Below are positions 45,629 to 58,439 of a DNA stretch of 64,000 bases, piece after piece. Each line of letters opens with the position of its first letter. Position 1 is the stretch's first letter. Made by a program: the position numbers and the translations under genes. The stretch is from Macrostomum hystrix (taxonomy: Eukaryota; Animalia; Platyhelminthes), in contig CATNEN010000034.1 of the NCBI GenBank assembly GCA_950097015.1, forward strand, positions 930,001 through 994,000. Reading direction: 5' to 3'. The notes beneath the pieces are model-generated. The model worked only from the letters and a program-made list of their open reading frames with translations, was not told the origin of the DNA and did no database searches.

Positions 45629-47288
45629 ATTCCTAAAGAGCTAAGAAAATGCTTAATGACAATCTCTTTTCAATCCCATGCAATCATGTGACTGGATCAG
45701 CCCATAGGATTTTATTACGAGTATGTAGATCGCTTTGCTGCTATTCATTGAAAATATCCAAGCTACGAAAGCCTTTTATTACGGCACTTCTGAAGGCACG
45801 CGATTCGCATAAGCGAATTAAATTTGTAATTCAAACGATAAATGAATTAAAAAACTGAAATGAAAATCTCATAAGAATTCGAAGAGACAGACGCCCATGA
45901 CCTGTCGTGGGCAAATTTAAGTATGCGTGTGTTTATTATGTAACAAATAGAATTTTATGCATCAGAGGAAAAGATAGTCGTTATATTTTCCATGAAACGG
46001 AAAGAGAGAGTTTAACAGGTTTTTCAAAGATGTATAGATAATAGGCGCACAGTATCACAAAAGCATATTTCTAATCTCTTCACTAAACAGGCTGACACAT
46101 TTTGTATTTTTGACGATCAAATTTTCTAAATCTGACTTAATACTTGTGAATTTTAATTATCAAAAATTGCTCTCTTTGTAAAAACTTTTCGCTTTAAAAA
46201 AGTCAGTCCCCTGTACCAATAAAGGTTTCAAAGGCAGACCTTCGGGGCTTTGCGCTTGGGTTGGTGCCATGCATAGTTCTAATAATGAATACATGCAAAC
46301 GGTACTTTTAACTGTCGTGGATTAGGCTATAAGCTAATTCGTCGAAAATACGGAGGAATGGGTCACCATGAAAGTATTATAAATACTTCATAGCATAAAG
46401 AAGTGTTTATTATGTCTCGATAGAGCCAACTAATTACTATAAGGGTTACAATTCGAAGATAGGCAGAAATGTAATTATAACAGATCGTACAAAATCAGAT
46501 ATCTAAATATATTCATTTAGTTTAACAAACGCAAATAAGTTTTACTGCTTGTGAAGATCAAGAAAAATATCGCGGAAATCCATTATTCATCATTTTAGAA
46601 GCGAATATTCATCAATAAGAAACGGATTAAGTTTATTGAAACAAGAATAACAGAAAACGATAAAGAAAATAAAAGACTTTTACAGCTTCAATTCGAGTTT
46701 TCTTCTCTAGACGCGATTATAACAAAAAGCGACATGATTTATAACAAAAGAACCTTCTGCCAGATCTACAATACAACAGTTAGAGTAGCAGTTGTCTTTG
46801 TCGAAGGAAACTAACCTGAGCTTAGGAAAATTATAACGAAAATCAGTTGCTATGCATAGGTGGGAGGCTCCGCTTTTAACGGCTATAATTACGAACGGAT
46901 CGTGGCCAGATTATTGCAAAACACACCATTTCCAAATCGATTTCGTCTATGGCCAGAACACTGTTATTAATCTACAGTTGAACGATGCATTTGAGAGAGA
47001 AGCTGCTTATCACACGTATCATATCTTGATTCCGAAATAATTCCGAAAATATATCGATTATGCGAAGAATTTTTAAACGACTTTAGTGCATTTCTTCGCT
47101 TAATCCGTTCAGGAATTTTTTAATTTGGATTAAAGAGTGTTCGCTTAACAAAATATTCCTTGCTGTCCGTTGCTAAAGCTAAATCAAGGACTTTATAGTT
47201 GAAAGAGGAAATACATAAAACATTTGTTTTACAATTCTATCAATGTAGAACTTTTTTAGAAAAAAAATTTTTTAATTCGCACGCGTCT

Positions 47289-50200
47289 CTAATAACGCCG
47301 GCTATCCCTGACCGGCGACACGCTGCGAGCTCTAGGCCCGGCCCGGCCGCGGCTGCCGCTCCGGTGACGGCCAGGGACGCGGCAGCGGCAGCGAGCCACC
47401 CTGCAGGCCGGACACACCCTTGTCGGGCTGCGGCCGCGGATTGGCGCTCCGGTGGAGCCGCCGCTAGCGTATCCGGCCTGGAACGAGGCCTCCATGCCGG
47501 TCAGGGGCCGTTCGGCTGGTGTGAAAGCTGCGTAGGCGCCACCGCCCTGCGCCTGGATCAGGCGCTCTAGCCTGGCGATGATGTCCAGATCCGGGATGCT
47601 GAGCGAAGCGGCGTCCAGGCCCAGCATGCGGGCGATGGCGGCGCGGAACTCCAGCAGTTGGCGCTCCCGACGCCTGGCCTCTTCGAGGGCGCGTCGCAAG
47701 GCGCGAATCTCGTGGCACAGGCCCTCAGTCTGGCCGCGCTTATCGCCACAGTCGCGGTCGCGCGACTCCGCGTCGGCCTTCAGGGCGGCGATTCGCTTCG
47801 CCTGCTTCTGGCGCACCCGCTCCAGCTTCTCCATGGTGGTCTCCAGGCAGACCAGCTCCCTGTCCTGCTCGATGGCGGTGGCCTTCAGCCCGCTGCACTC
47901 CATCAGCTGACTTCGCAGCCGGGCAATCTCCTGCCTGTCGAATGCAAAGGATTTTTGTCAAGCTTTCTACTTAAAGTAGTGCAGTAAAGTTAAAGTAAAT
48001 AATGAAAGCGCATTTTTGTTCCGTCGCCTATTCTATGTTCTGACTGCTCACCTGGCATCGTCCAGCATCTCCTGAGACTTTTCCAGGTGACGCTGCAGCT
48101 TGTAGGCTCGCTCCCTCTCGTAGCTGCTGAGCCCGCCAGCACCAGCCGCCGCAGCTCCCGCGGCTGCCGCTGCGCCCTCCAGTTGGGCGACCTTCTTGCG
48201 CAGCAGCTCCATGTGCAGGTCTTTGGACTCCAGCTGTTCGCGTAGAGCGCGCATCTTGCAGCCGCCGCCAGCGCCGGCTCCGTCGCAGCAGCCGCAGCCG
48301 CCGCCACTGCCGATGCCTACGCCGCAGCCACCGTTGACCCGACGTCCCAGCTGCTCAGCCCTGCGCGGTTTGGGGGAAATGATCGGATGTTATCTAGAGC
48401 AGAGGGAGAGCCCATTGAGCAATCGACACCACCCCTGCCAGCCTGTGATTCAATTAGCCAAATAGTGGCCAACCTAGCCAGGAGTCCCTCGCCAAGCAGG
48501 TCGAATCCGACATCAGCAGCCGCCCGATCCATTCGCAGCGCCTCAGCCAGCCGGCGCATGTACTTGTAGAATTTCTCCTTGTCGGCCTTCAGGCCGTCCC
48601 GGATGACATCGCCGGCGGCCAGCTCGCCCTCCAGCATGCGCAGCCGCTCGCGCAGATCCAGCTGGTCGCACTCGGCCCGCCTGGCCTTGTAGTCTCGGTC
48701 GCGCCCGGTCTCAAACTGGGCCTCAAACTGGCGCGTCAGGGTGCGCACCCGTTCCTCCAGGGCCGCCACCGAGGCCGAGTGCTCCTTGACTTCGCGGCAC
48801 ATCAGGCGCACTTTTTCTTTGACGGCCTCTTCCGTCGGACTGACCCGACAATAGGCTGTGCTCAGCATGGAGGCCAGTGACTCAAGCAGTGCGTGCATCT
48901 GGGTCTCGCTGTTCTGCGAGCTGTGCGCCGCCTCGCGCCTCTCACAGTCCAGGCGAGCTAGCCGAGCTTCTCGCTCCTGAAGATCGGCGCGCGTGGCCTC
49001 CAGCTGCTTGCGACCGGAGTCCAGGCGCATCTCCAGTAGTTGCACCTTCAATTGTTAAGTGCAAAGTGTCGAGATTTTTTGCCGACTCTCTACTCATAGT
49101 AGGAAGTAGCGAATGCTAATGCTAAAATCTGAAATCTGGGAAACTCTAGAATCATCTCATTTTCATGAAATGCTTTTAAAATGCAGATACCGCAGCGTGA
49201 GACTTCTATTTTAAACTGGGAGATCCGTATTGCCATTGGTAATAACTGTGGTAAAATATTAGCAGGAGGGCTGTAGGCATTGGCAATTTCTGGCACACAC
49301 TCACACACGTGTTTCTCATTGTCAGGCAGTGTACACTCACATGCTCACCTGGTGTAATTTCTATTCTCTATATTCTAATGAATGCAACTACAATTACCTG
49401 CTTCTGAAGATCGTCACGCTCAATGCGCAGTCTATCAGCTTCGGCCCGGGCGCCATGATCTCCGCCAATCAGGCTGGTGCCAGCCGCGACTCCGCTGTTC
49501 CGATTTACCTCGCTAAGTAGGCGCTGAATTGTCTCCCTGTTGGCTTTGGCATCCAGCTCCAGCTGCGATTGGCGATCAGTCAGGCCGTGAATGCGACCCT
49601 TCATTGCCACGTTCTCCTTCACCAGCTCACCGACCTGCGTCATCAACCACAAGTTGGTGATTTTATTTCTTTGAAAATTCGGAATGATAAACCCAACCGA
49701 TTTTGTCACCAGTTAAAAATTATTCAGATTTTTTCCCAGACTCCAAATTCTCCATTCATTGAAAATACATATGTGGACACTTTGATAACCTACTAATAAA
49801 CTCCTTGAATAACCATACATGGACTCCATGATAATCCCTCACAGACTCCGTGATAATCCACACATACACATCACATTAATCCACCAAAGACAGAATGATA
49901 ATCCTCACAGAGGCTTATTGATAATTCACCAATAGACTTATTTATAATCCACCAAAAAACCAATTGATAATCCACCCATAGACTCATTGATAATCCACCC
50001 ATAGACTCATTGATAATCCACCCATAGACTCATTGATAATCCACCCAGAGGCTCATTGATAATCCACCCATAGACTCATTGATAATCCACCCAGAGGCTC
50101 ATTGATAATCCACCCAGAGGCTCATTGATAATCCACCCATAGACTCATTGATAATCCACCCAGAGGCTCATTGATAATCCACCCAGAGGCTCATTGATAA

Positions 50201-52261
50201 TCCACCCAGAGGCTCATTGATAATCCACCCAGAGGCTCATTGATAATCCACCCAGAGGCTCATTGATAATCCACCCAGAGGCTCATTGATTATCCACCAC
50301 AAGATCTCCCTCACCTTTGCCACCAGCCCGTCCAGATCCTCAGCGCAGCCTACTCCCAGCTGGTAGATGACTCTGTTGACAAAATCTGCGTGCCGCCGTT
50401 CCAGTCCGGTGCCCTCCTGCAGGCCGGCGCGAACCCGCGCCTCCAGCTCCCGGATGCGCTCCTGGGCGCTGCGGTACTGCTCCTGCAGCGCCTGCACAGC
50501 GTGACCGTTGCGCGACTGCAGCGCCTCCGCCGAGCAGCGCGTCGCCTCGCAGGCGTCCAGCCGGCGGGCCAGGTCGGAGTTCAGCGCCAGCAGGCGGGCG
50601 TTCTCCTCGCGCTGCCTGGCCAAGGCGTCATTGGCCGAGTCCAGCTCGAGCTGGCGCTGGCGCAGTTTGCAGGTCAGGCTGTCCGATTTCGCCTGCAGCG
50701 CGGCCAGATCGCCGCGAGCCGACGGGCAGGCCAGGAGCGGGTCAGGGCCAGCCGGTGCGATTCCAGGACGGTAGGGACTGAGGCAAGTTGGAGGCGGCTT
50801 ACTCATCAGCTGGTAATCCCAGTTCTCATCCGGTATAGTTCCCTAACTGGGAAAAGCTTCCCTAATTACTTTAATCTCTAACCCAACGGGGAAATCTTGA
50901 TTTGAGAAAGAGACACGGCTATTAGAGCGAATTGCTATTAGAGTGAACCCTGCGTGACAGTTTTTTAGGAAAGATTTGCACTTTTTCTGCCCATGAAGTA
51001 ACTTTACTAATCGGTTTTGCCAATCAGCAGTTGCTGACCATCAGGAAGCTGTCAAAATCGGATTTAAAAACCGGAATATTTACATGGGCAAATGGCTATA
51101 TGTATATATATAACCTGAATAATTAGCTTGAGAACAATCTAAATGTTGAACATACCAGGTTAGCTCCCGAATCGTTTCTTCCTTTCTCCTGAGTTCCTCC
51201 CTTTGAAGTCTTAGCTGCTCTTGCAACTAAAATGGATAGCAACCATTTTTTGTTTTATGATCGTCCCTGCTATACGAAAGTAGACAATATGCAACTGATT
51301 CACTGATTCACATGAGTGTATCATTGATATGGTCTTGAAAAATATATAAAAGCTGTTTTAAAAACCCACAGTACTTGCTATAGCTATAAAACGAAATTTT
51401 TTTAAAGTTAACTTATTATTAATTAGAAATATATGTATTATGAAAACGTAAATAAAATTATAGATAATTTATTAACTTCTTAAAAACTTATAATGCCTTG
51501 AATCGGGAGGCAGCGATTCTCTATGACAGACCTGAAAGCATTTTACTGGATCGCTGGTAGAAAGTATACCAAACCAGTTGAAATAAAAATTAACATAATA
51601 TGTACAAATAGAAATGAAAATACAACATTTCAAATATTTATAAGGCTGTCTAATAGATAGTTGATAGTACAAAGAAACTAAAAACTTCGGCATTTAACAA
51701 GCTCTCTTAGATTTTGTAATTCATAAACTTGAAGTTCGCAGTTCGCTGTATTCTTAAACGGAATACGACTTTAACGGTTATCTTGTTTTATGCAGATATG
51801 CAGACAATTGTGAATTTAATATGTACTTAATTTCTTTATATGAGACTCAATCTCATTTAAAATGTCAATACTAAAAATAGAAAAATTTGCCCTACAAATT
51901 ACAAAGCTTTCTTATAGAATACTCATCGATGCAAACTTTATATTTAAATCAAGTAACACAATCAGGTATTGGTAATCATACTTATAGGCTGTAGCTGGCG
52001 TGCATACTTATATACAGTACATTCTAAGTGAAAAAAATTGATTAGTTACTGGTCTATATTAAAATTAAACATATTAATAACTCACAAAACTCACGAAACA
52101 TACATTTACAACTATTAGCTGAAATAATTTACCTCGCTATAACTCCTGTGATTTGAAGCCAGTGTATCGGGGCATGTTTCGTCAAGTTTCCATATTTCTC
52201 TGGCCCTTGGTCTATGAATGCTTGGGAGACCATCCCTAGAAAAATCACTGTACGCTGCCAT
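47289..52261 (-). CDS. CCDC170: CCDC170-like coiled-coil protein, 7 exons, about 808 aa
   Basis: Exons 52261-52133, 51226-51156, 50777-50315, 49634-49398, 49045-48474, 48360-48052 and 47934-47289 are phase-compatible (2427 nt). Motifs LARAEQL, LESKDLHMELLRKKVAQLE and RERQLLEFRAAIARMLGLD..IPDLDIIARLERL match my recollection of the CCDC170 C-terminus. The first two exons are less certain. Confidence 0.82.
49915..50300. repeat. Intronic minisatellite, 23-bp unit (cattgataatccacccagaggct)
   Basis: Period is 23, in CCDC170 intron 49635-50314. Confidence 0.92.
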
Positions 52262-53619
52262 TTAGCGACTGTTAAATCGGGGCAGTTAAGAAAAACCTTA
52301 TCGAGTCGGTTTCGGCTCGAAACAGACAAAACAGACAAATTGCACGGTAACAAAGAAATTGAACTCTGTGCTCTGTATCGTAAACAGTTGTTGCCAAGAC
52401 TTTAGATCAAGCTAATATTATTCCTTAACGTTTTGTACAAAAAACATTTAAATAAATTCGTTACTTCTTGTACAGTTAGGAATTTTATTGTTTTAGGTTG
52501 CTTTTTATTATCTGTTGTTTAACCATTACAGTTATTATTAGTTACGGAGAAACTTACAACCCGGACGAAGAAGCGGCAATATCTGCAAGTTTGATTTATA
52601 AGTTCTTCTAATTTCTGTAATGCACTGATGTTATTAAATAGTTCATTGTTGCTGTTCAATGCATGATGTCGATCTGCTGAAGTCAAGGAGGGCTGTAGTT
52701 TTATAATAAATCTGTTGTATCTTAAGACAATTCGGCAAAAAACAACGGAATTTCTTCTCCCGTTTGACTAGTGAAACATACAATATGCTTATTCATAGTT
52801 TCTAGCGCAAAAAACTAGTGTTTAAGTCGAATGTAAAAATTTATTTACTGTGATGCATTTAAACGAAAATAAAATTTTTATAATTCATTAACTAAATGAG
52901 ACTATTCTCGCCCAATGCGGAGACTATTAAGCTCAAAAGGAAAAGTAGGCTATTTTATACACTTTAAGTAATAAAAGAAACAATACTATTTGTTAAATAT
53001 ATATTAATCAATTACACATGACTTAGAGCCGTTAAATCGATTGGCTTCAAAGGATTGCGGGATCATATTAGATATTGCGACTTTAATAATTCCTTCAATT
53101 TAATGTCGCTTTAAAATAAAAATATTAAACCGCGTTAGCCATACATTTAATCCCGACTGTAGTGAATACCTGGCTGCAAAGTCTCAATTAACTATTATCA
53201 AGAGAACAGCTAGCTAATCTTGATATTTTTTAAGTTGCCCATCTCAAGTGTATGCCAGTATCGATTCATTCACAAAATTTGATTCATATATTTTTTCTGT
53301 CAAGCTCAGTCACCCACTGAGGCATTCCTAGCTCGATCCTATTCATCATTTGCTATGTCGTATCATGTGACCAGCGGCGAGATCAGAGCATCATCATCGA
53401 TCTGCTCATTTCCTTAGTTTATTTTTCAATCCAATTCCAACTATTCTGATTAGCTTATGAAAGTTTTCTCTACGTTAAATTCGCACATTTTCTCCATACT
53501 TACTTTCCCTGCTTCACTCCTTCACCGCCCATTATAGCCCCATTTAACCATGGATTTTACCATAAAATGGATCCATTCCATTTGCACCATTTTCTATCCA
53601 CATTTCACCACAATCTCTC

Positions 53620-53985
53620 TATCTCCAGTCACCGAACTCTCTATCCCCCATTCACCGAACTCTCTATCCCCCAGTCACCCAGCTCTCTATCCCCATTCAC
53701 CGAGCTCTCTATCCCCAGTCACCCAGCTCTCTATCCCCAGTCACCGAACTCTCTATCCCCAGTCACCCAGCTCTCTATCCCCAGTCACCGAACTCTCTAT
53801 CCCCAGTCACCCAGCTCTCTATCCCCAGTCACCCAGCTCTCTATCCCCAGTCACCCAGCTCTCTATCCCCAGTCACCCAGCTCTCTATCCCCAGTCACCG
53901 AACTCTCTATCCCCAGTCACCGAACTCTCTATCCCCCATTCACCGAACTCTCTTATCCCACAGTCACCGAACTCTCTATCCCTAG
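53620..53985. repeat. Minisatellite, 22-bp unit (ctctctatccccagtcacccag)
   Basis: Period is 22. Confidence 0.9.
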
Positions 53986-54329
53986 TGAAGGTAAATTTTA
54001 AGTAAAAAATGAAGCAGTAATCTCGTTCAAGTTAAATTTGACGAGGTGTCAAGGATTTCTGTTAGAGTATGCTGACCAGTAGCTTGTATTATTAATTAAA
54101 AGCGGGTTCTCAAGCAGAGCTTATTCGCATTCAGACCCGGCTCCGTGGCGCATGCCAGGCTAAAAAATACGTTTGTTAGTTTAATTTCGATAACTTTTTT
54201 ATTCGAAATCACTGAATGGCTTGTGCTGTTCTCGACACGAGTATAACCGGCACTAGCCCATGCTGAAAGGGCGAAAGAATATTTTAATAAATGATAAATG
54301 TGTGAATACTTGTACGTAATGGAGTATGC

Positions 54330-54332
54330 ATT

Positions 54333-54394
<62 letters not shown>
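54330..54394. repeat. (TATC)n microsatellite
   Basis: Seen directly. Confidence 0.95.
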
Positions 54395-54395
<1 letters not shown>

Positions 54396-54412
54396 CGAGT
54401 CCCTTCCCTCAC

Positions 54413-55198
54413 CGGACCCGCTGCACAAGGAAGTCATTTTTGGCCTTCAGATCGGCCAGTTTGGCCAGCACTTTGGCTGCATCGAACGAGCCGGTGCGCT
54501 TAGCGTTGATAGGGCCGCTGCAAAAAACAAAATTGAAGTTGAATAACGTTTTTGTGATTCCGGAAATGCGCGCCAGTTTGAATGAATGTTGCATAAAGAT
54601 TTATTTATGGCATTTCTTAATATCCATTTTTTTAAAGAGGAAATATTTTGTTCGAATTAGCGCGTAGCAACAAAGGAAAAAGCTTTATAAGCTTTATAAA
54701 GCGGGCCCTTTTAAAGGTTTACAAAATAAATTTAACTTTTAACGCACGAGTATTAGAACCAAATTTTATGAGCCAAATAGAACTGAAGTCCGTTATTGCA
54801 AGCAGCCCAAGCTGCTCTATCTGAAAGGCATTGCTAAATTTAAAACAAAAATATAGAAAAGTCATTTTAGTTTCCGGCACAAAAATTTTCTGAAATTTTC
54901 AGCCTATTTTCTCGTATGAGCTTGGGATATATAATAGGGCCATAAAATAAAATAATCTTGAGCCCAGAAGTTGGATCAGAAAAAGCGAGTCGCACCTTTC
55001 GATTTTTTCGATGTCCAAATCATCAGTTGGATAGTCCCTGAGTCTCGACAGGTTGTCGGCGGCATCGGCCGCCTCCAGCAGCTGCAGCTCAGCAGCAAGC
55101 CTAGGCGAGGCTGCGGCGGCGTCAACGGAGACGCTGGCGAAGACTGTCAGAAACAGCAGGGCCAAGAAGAGGGCAGCGACTCCGTGCGAATGCGACAT
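54413..55198 (-). CDS. Secreted neuropeptide-precursor-like gene (NPF/NPY-like features); last exon unresolved
   Basis: Exons 55198-54996 and 54517-54413 join in phase 2. The product is a signal peptide (MSHSHGVAALFLALLFLTVFASVSVDA), an acidic spacer, KR, then TGSFDAAKVLAKLADLKAKNDFLVQRVR, with a GT donor inside the last Arg codon. Confidence 0.6.
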
Positions 55199-55261
55199 TT
55201 TCTGCGGAGTTTCCTGGAATCACGCAGCAGAGATGCGGCTGATGAATACCAAGATTGTCTT

Positions 55262-55932
55262 ATAGGATTATCGGCTGCCATTCCCTAGTCCTAGGATTAT
55301 CGGCTGCCATTCCCTAGTCCTAGGATTATCGGCTGCCATTCCCTAGTCCTAGGATTATCGGCTGCCATTCCCTAGTCCTAGGATTATCGGCTGCCATTCC
55401 CTAGTCCTAGGATTATCGGCTGCCATTCCCTAGTCCTAGGATTATCGGCTGTCATTCCCTAGTCCTAGGATTATCGGCTGCCATTCCCTAGTCCTAGGAT
55501 TATCGGCTGCCATTCCCTAGTCCTAGGATTATCGGCTGCCATTCCCTAGTCCTAGGATTATCAGCTGCCATTCCCTAGTCCTAGGATTATCGGCTGCCAT
55601 TCCCTAGTCCTAGGATTATCGGTTGTCATTCCCTAGTCCTAGGATTATCGGCTGCCATTCCCTAGTCCTAGGATTATCGGTTGTCATTCCCTAGTCCTAG
55701 GATTATCGGCTGCCATTCCCTAGTCCTAGGATTATCAGCTGCCATTCCCTAGTCCTAGGATTATCGGCTGCCATTCCCTAGTCCTAGGATTATCGGCTGT
55801 CATTCCCTAGTCCTAGGATTATCGGCTGTCATTCCCTAGTCCTAGGATTATCGGCTGCCATTCTTTAGTCCTAGGATTATCGGTTGTCATTCCTTAGTTC
55901 TAGGATTATCGGCTGCCATTCCCTAGTCCTAC
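55262..55932. repeat. Minisatellite, 29-bp unit (taggattatcggctgccattccctagtcc)
   Basis: Period is 29. Confidence 0.95.
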
Positions 55933-56318
55933 GACCTCGCCTTAGGATCCAGATAACTCATTCATCGAGCAGTATCACAGTGAAAGAACATGAATCGGCC
56001 GGGGCATTGTGCTCTCGTGTTCTCATTGCAAAGCTCTGAGCTGCAGTGAATAGTTTGAGTAGCCTGATATTTGACTAGCACTTAGCCAGCCAAGCAGGCC
56101 AATTCGGCGTAAATGCAAAAATCGAGCAGTTGGGAGTATCTCGAATACTTCTGAGTAGCTGGCATCTCTTTGTCTTACGATATCCCTAAGTTGTCATCCC
56201 AGTTCCCCAGAGAGGTAGAGTAGAAATCGAATCCCAATCAGTGTTCTCCACTATATAATGTAGATTCTTGACAATGAGAGCCCTGAGGATGCTGCAATTA
56301 TAGAGGCCGACTAACAAT

Positions 56319-56727
56319 CATAGAGCTCTGAATCCAAAAACTGGAGACAATTTCCCGCAAAACCCACATTTTCCGGACCAGTGCGGGCTGACTGGCTGTC
56401 GCGAAAATACACAGGGCAGATAGGTAACTTCCGTATCGTGAAAAATATTATAAAAAAATTGTTTTATTAAGAATGCTGAATAAATTCTCTACATTTTAGT
56501 TCAAGCTTGAGCGCCTACCTGTTTCAGCAAGTGAGCTGTGTTAAAATAAAGTTTATGTAAGACGAAACTTGTCAAGACCAAAATATCTTTAAGAAAAAAA
56601 CACGCAAAAGTTTTACTTTGCAGAAAAGTTTCATAATTTTCGCCATTTCGGAAAGTGTTTTGTTCATTCTATAGGTATTGCTTTTTTCTAAAACTGTCTC
56701 TCCTGTTTCTGGATTCAGAGCTCAATG
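56319..56727. mobile_element. MITE with CAT...ATG ends, ~30-bp imperfect TIRs and 7-bp TSD (P-element-like)
   Basis: Left end catagagctctgaatccaaaaactggagaca; right end (reverse complement) cattgagctctgaatccagaaacaggagagaca. TAACAAT is duplicated at 56312-56318 and 56728-56734. Confidence 0.7.
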
Positions 56728-57289
56728 TAACAATCAACTCAACTTGAAATCCATTTTCGCTCCTTTGTTGATAGGGATCTATGCAGCCTCGGGAGTGGCA
56801 GAAAATTCCCCGCTATTAAAATCCTCATTTTTTCGCAAAATTTTCTAACGCATCGACGTGAATCCTGCAGTTTAGCATCAGTGCGTTAAACCCATTATTT
56901 TTCTATGAAAAGATATCTATTTGGTGAATTGCATTATAAATGAAATAATTTCCAGGCTGTATTGTTTGAAATTTAAAACAATGATGAATTACAACTGCTA
57001 AGGCTTTGGGATCGCTCATGAGCTTATTAGATCGGCTATCGATCCGCAATTTCATGGAATTTCAAAGAGCATAGCTTGATAACTGCAAAAAACGGCATAG
57101 CAATAGCATAGCAACAACTAAGATACTATAGATAAACACAGAGTAGAAACTAATATCAACGGCATACAAGCTGGTAGAAGTTGCAATAGATTATATTCTC
57201 AGCAACGTAGCTTAGCAACAGCATAGCAACGGATCAGAAACTAAGTAGAATCTGTTTAACAACTGCATGGAACAAAAATTGACTGCACA

Positions 57290-57880
57290 TGCACGAATGG
57301 GGTCAGATGTGCGGCCGACAGCACAGCCGCAGCTGTTGCGCGGCGCATCTGAAGGCTGCGTTGAGCTGTTCAGTCCATGGACTGAAAAGATGTACACTCA
57401 CACTCAATTATTCAAGCTAATGCTTTTTCCCATTTAACAGCTGGGTGAAATGAAGCAAAAACAAAAATAAAAATTTTAATTGCAGGAGGGCACATCACAT
57501 TATTTGGTGACACTAGATCGGCAGCCAGCGAGGAGGCAATGCTGCCCATTTCGCTGACTCCTGAGCACACACGCACACAGATACTGTACGCAGGCATACG
57601 CTCACATCTGCCCTGACTTTCTCATCGTCAGAGCGTAAATTGCACGACAAGCCCCCAAGCCTTCTCTTGGCTTGCGCCCCAATTTAATCTGGCCTCGCCG
57701 CGGAATCGAGCTCAGGGACCTTGGTGCAAGAGAAAACGCGTTAACCGCTCTGCCACCGACCCCCTAAACTGAAGCAATGTAGAGTTAGGTCTCTTGCTTA
57801 AGACGCAAATTATTATAGAGAGTCAGGAATCGAACTGTAGACCTTCTAGTCTTAAATCCGACAATATCTTGCATATCTGA
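57290..57880 (-). mobile_element. SINE family B copy interrupted by a SINE family A
   Basis: 57290-57452 and 57765-57880 are colinear with 45318-45628. Confidence 0.7.
57478..57764 (-). mobile_element. SINE family A, near full length with small internal deletions
   Basis: The reverse complement starts gggggtcggtggcagagcgg and ends ctcctgcaatt with an A/T-rich tail. Confidence 0.88.
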
Positions 57881-58439
57881 TGTATGCAAGCACATATCAA
57901 TGGCGTACAGTTGCGTAGATACGTCTTAGGGACATAGCAACAGCATAGCAACAGAGAAGCAACAGCATAGCAACAGCATGGAAACATGCACGTAGCAGCA
58001 GCAGCAGCAGCTGCTACTGGACTGTGCAAAGGAGGACTTAAAGAACACAAAAATTTGTACCACAGGAAACAGAAAAAGCAAGAAAAAGCACTTTCAGATG
58101 GAGCCCTGATTTCTGTTTCATCCGCTATGCAGACTCGACGTAAGAATGCTAATGAGGCCGATTAAATAGAATGCTAATTGGCACCATTAAAATTGCATTT
58201 TAGGTTAACTTGGACTTGCCTGAATTGTTGAAGTATTCGGTTCGAGTTCGACTGTTAGTTTGTATAAAAAACCAACTAATTTTTTTCGATCTATGGAACG
58301 GAAAGCAAAGAGGAAGCGAGCTTTCCAAGCCCCATATCTTTGGGATTTTAGCCCCTTCGCTTCCCCACCGAAACAGCCAACGGAAAGAATCCTTGCCCAC
58401 CCGTTTTCATTGGCTAATTCAGAACAGACAGCAAGGATT

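Noticed and set aside
52558-52582. 25-bp micro-exon linking the neuropeptide exons to CCDC170
   Set aside because: It is phase-compatible, but it would fuse a signal peptide to a cytosolic coiled-coil protein that has its own ATG exon at 52261. There is no supporting evidence.
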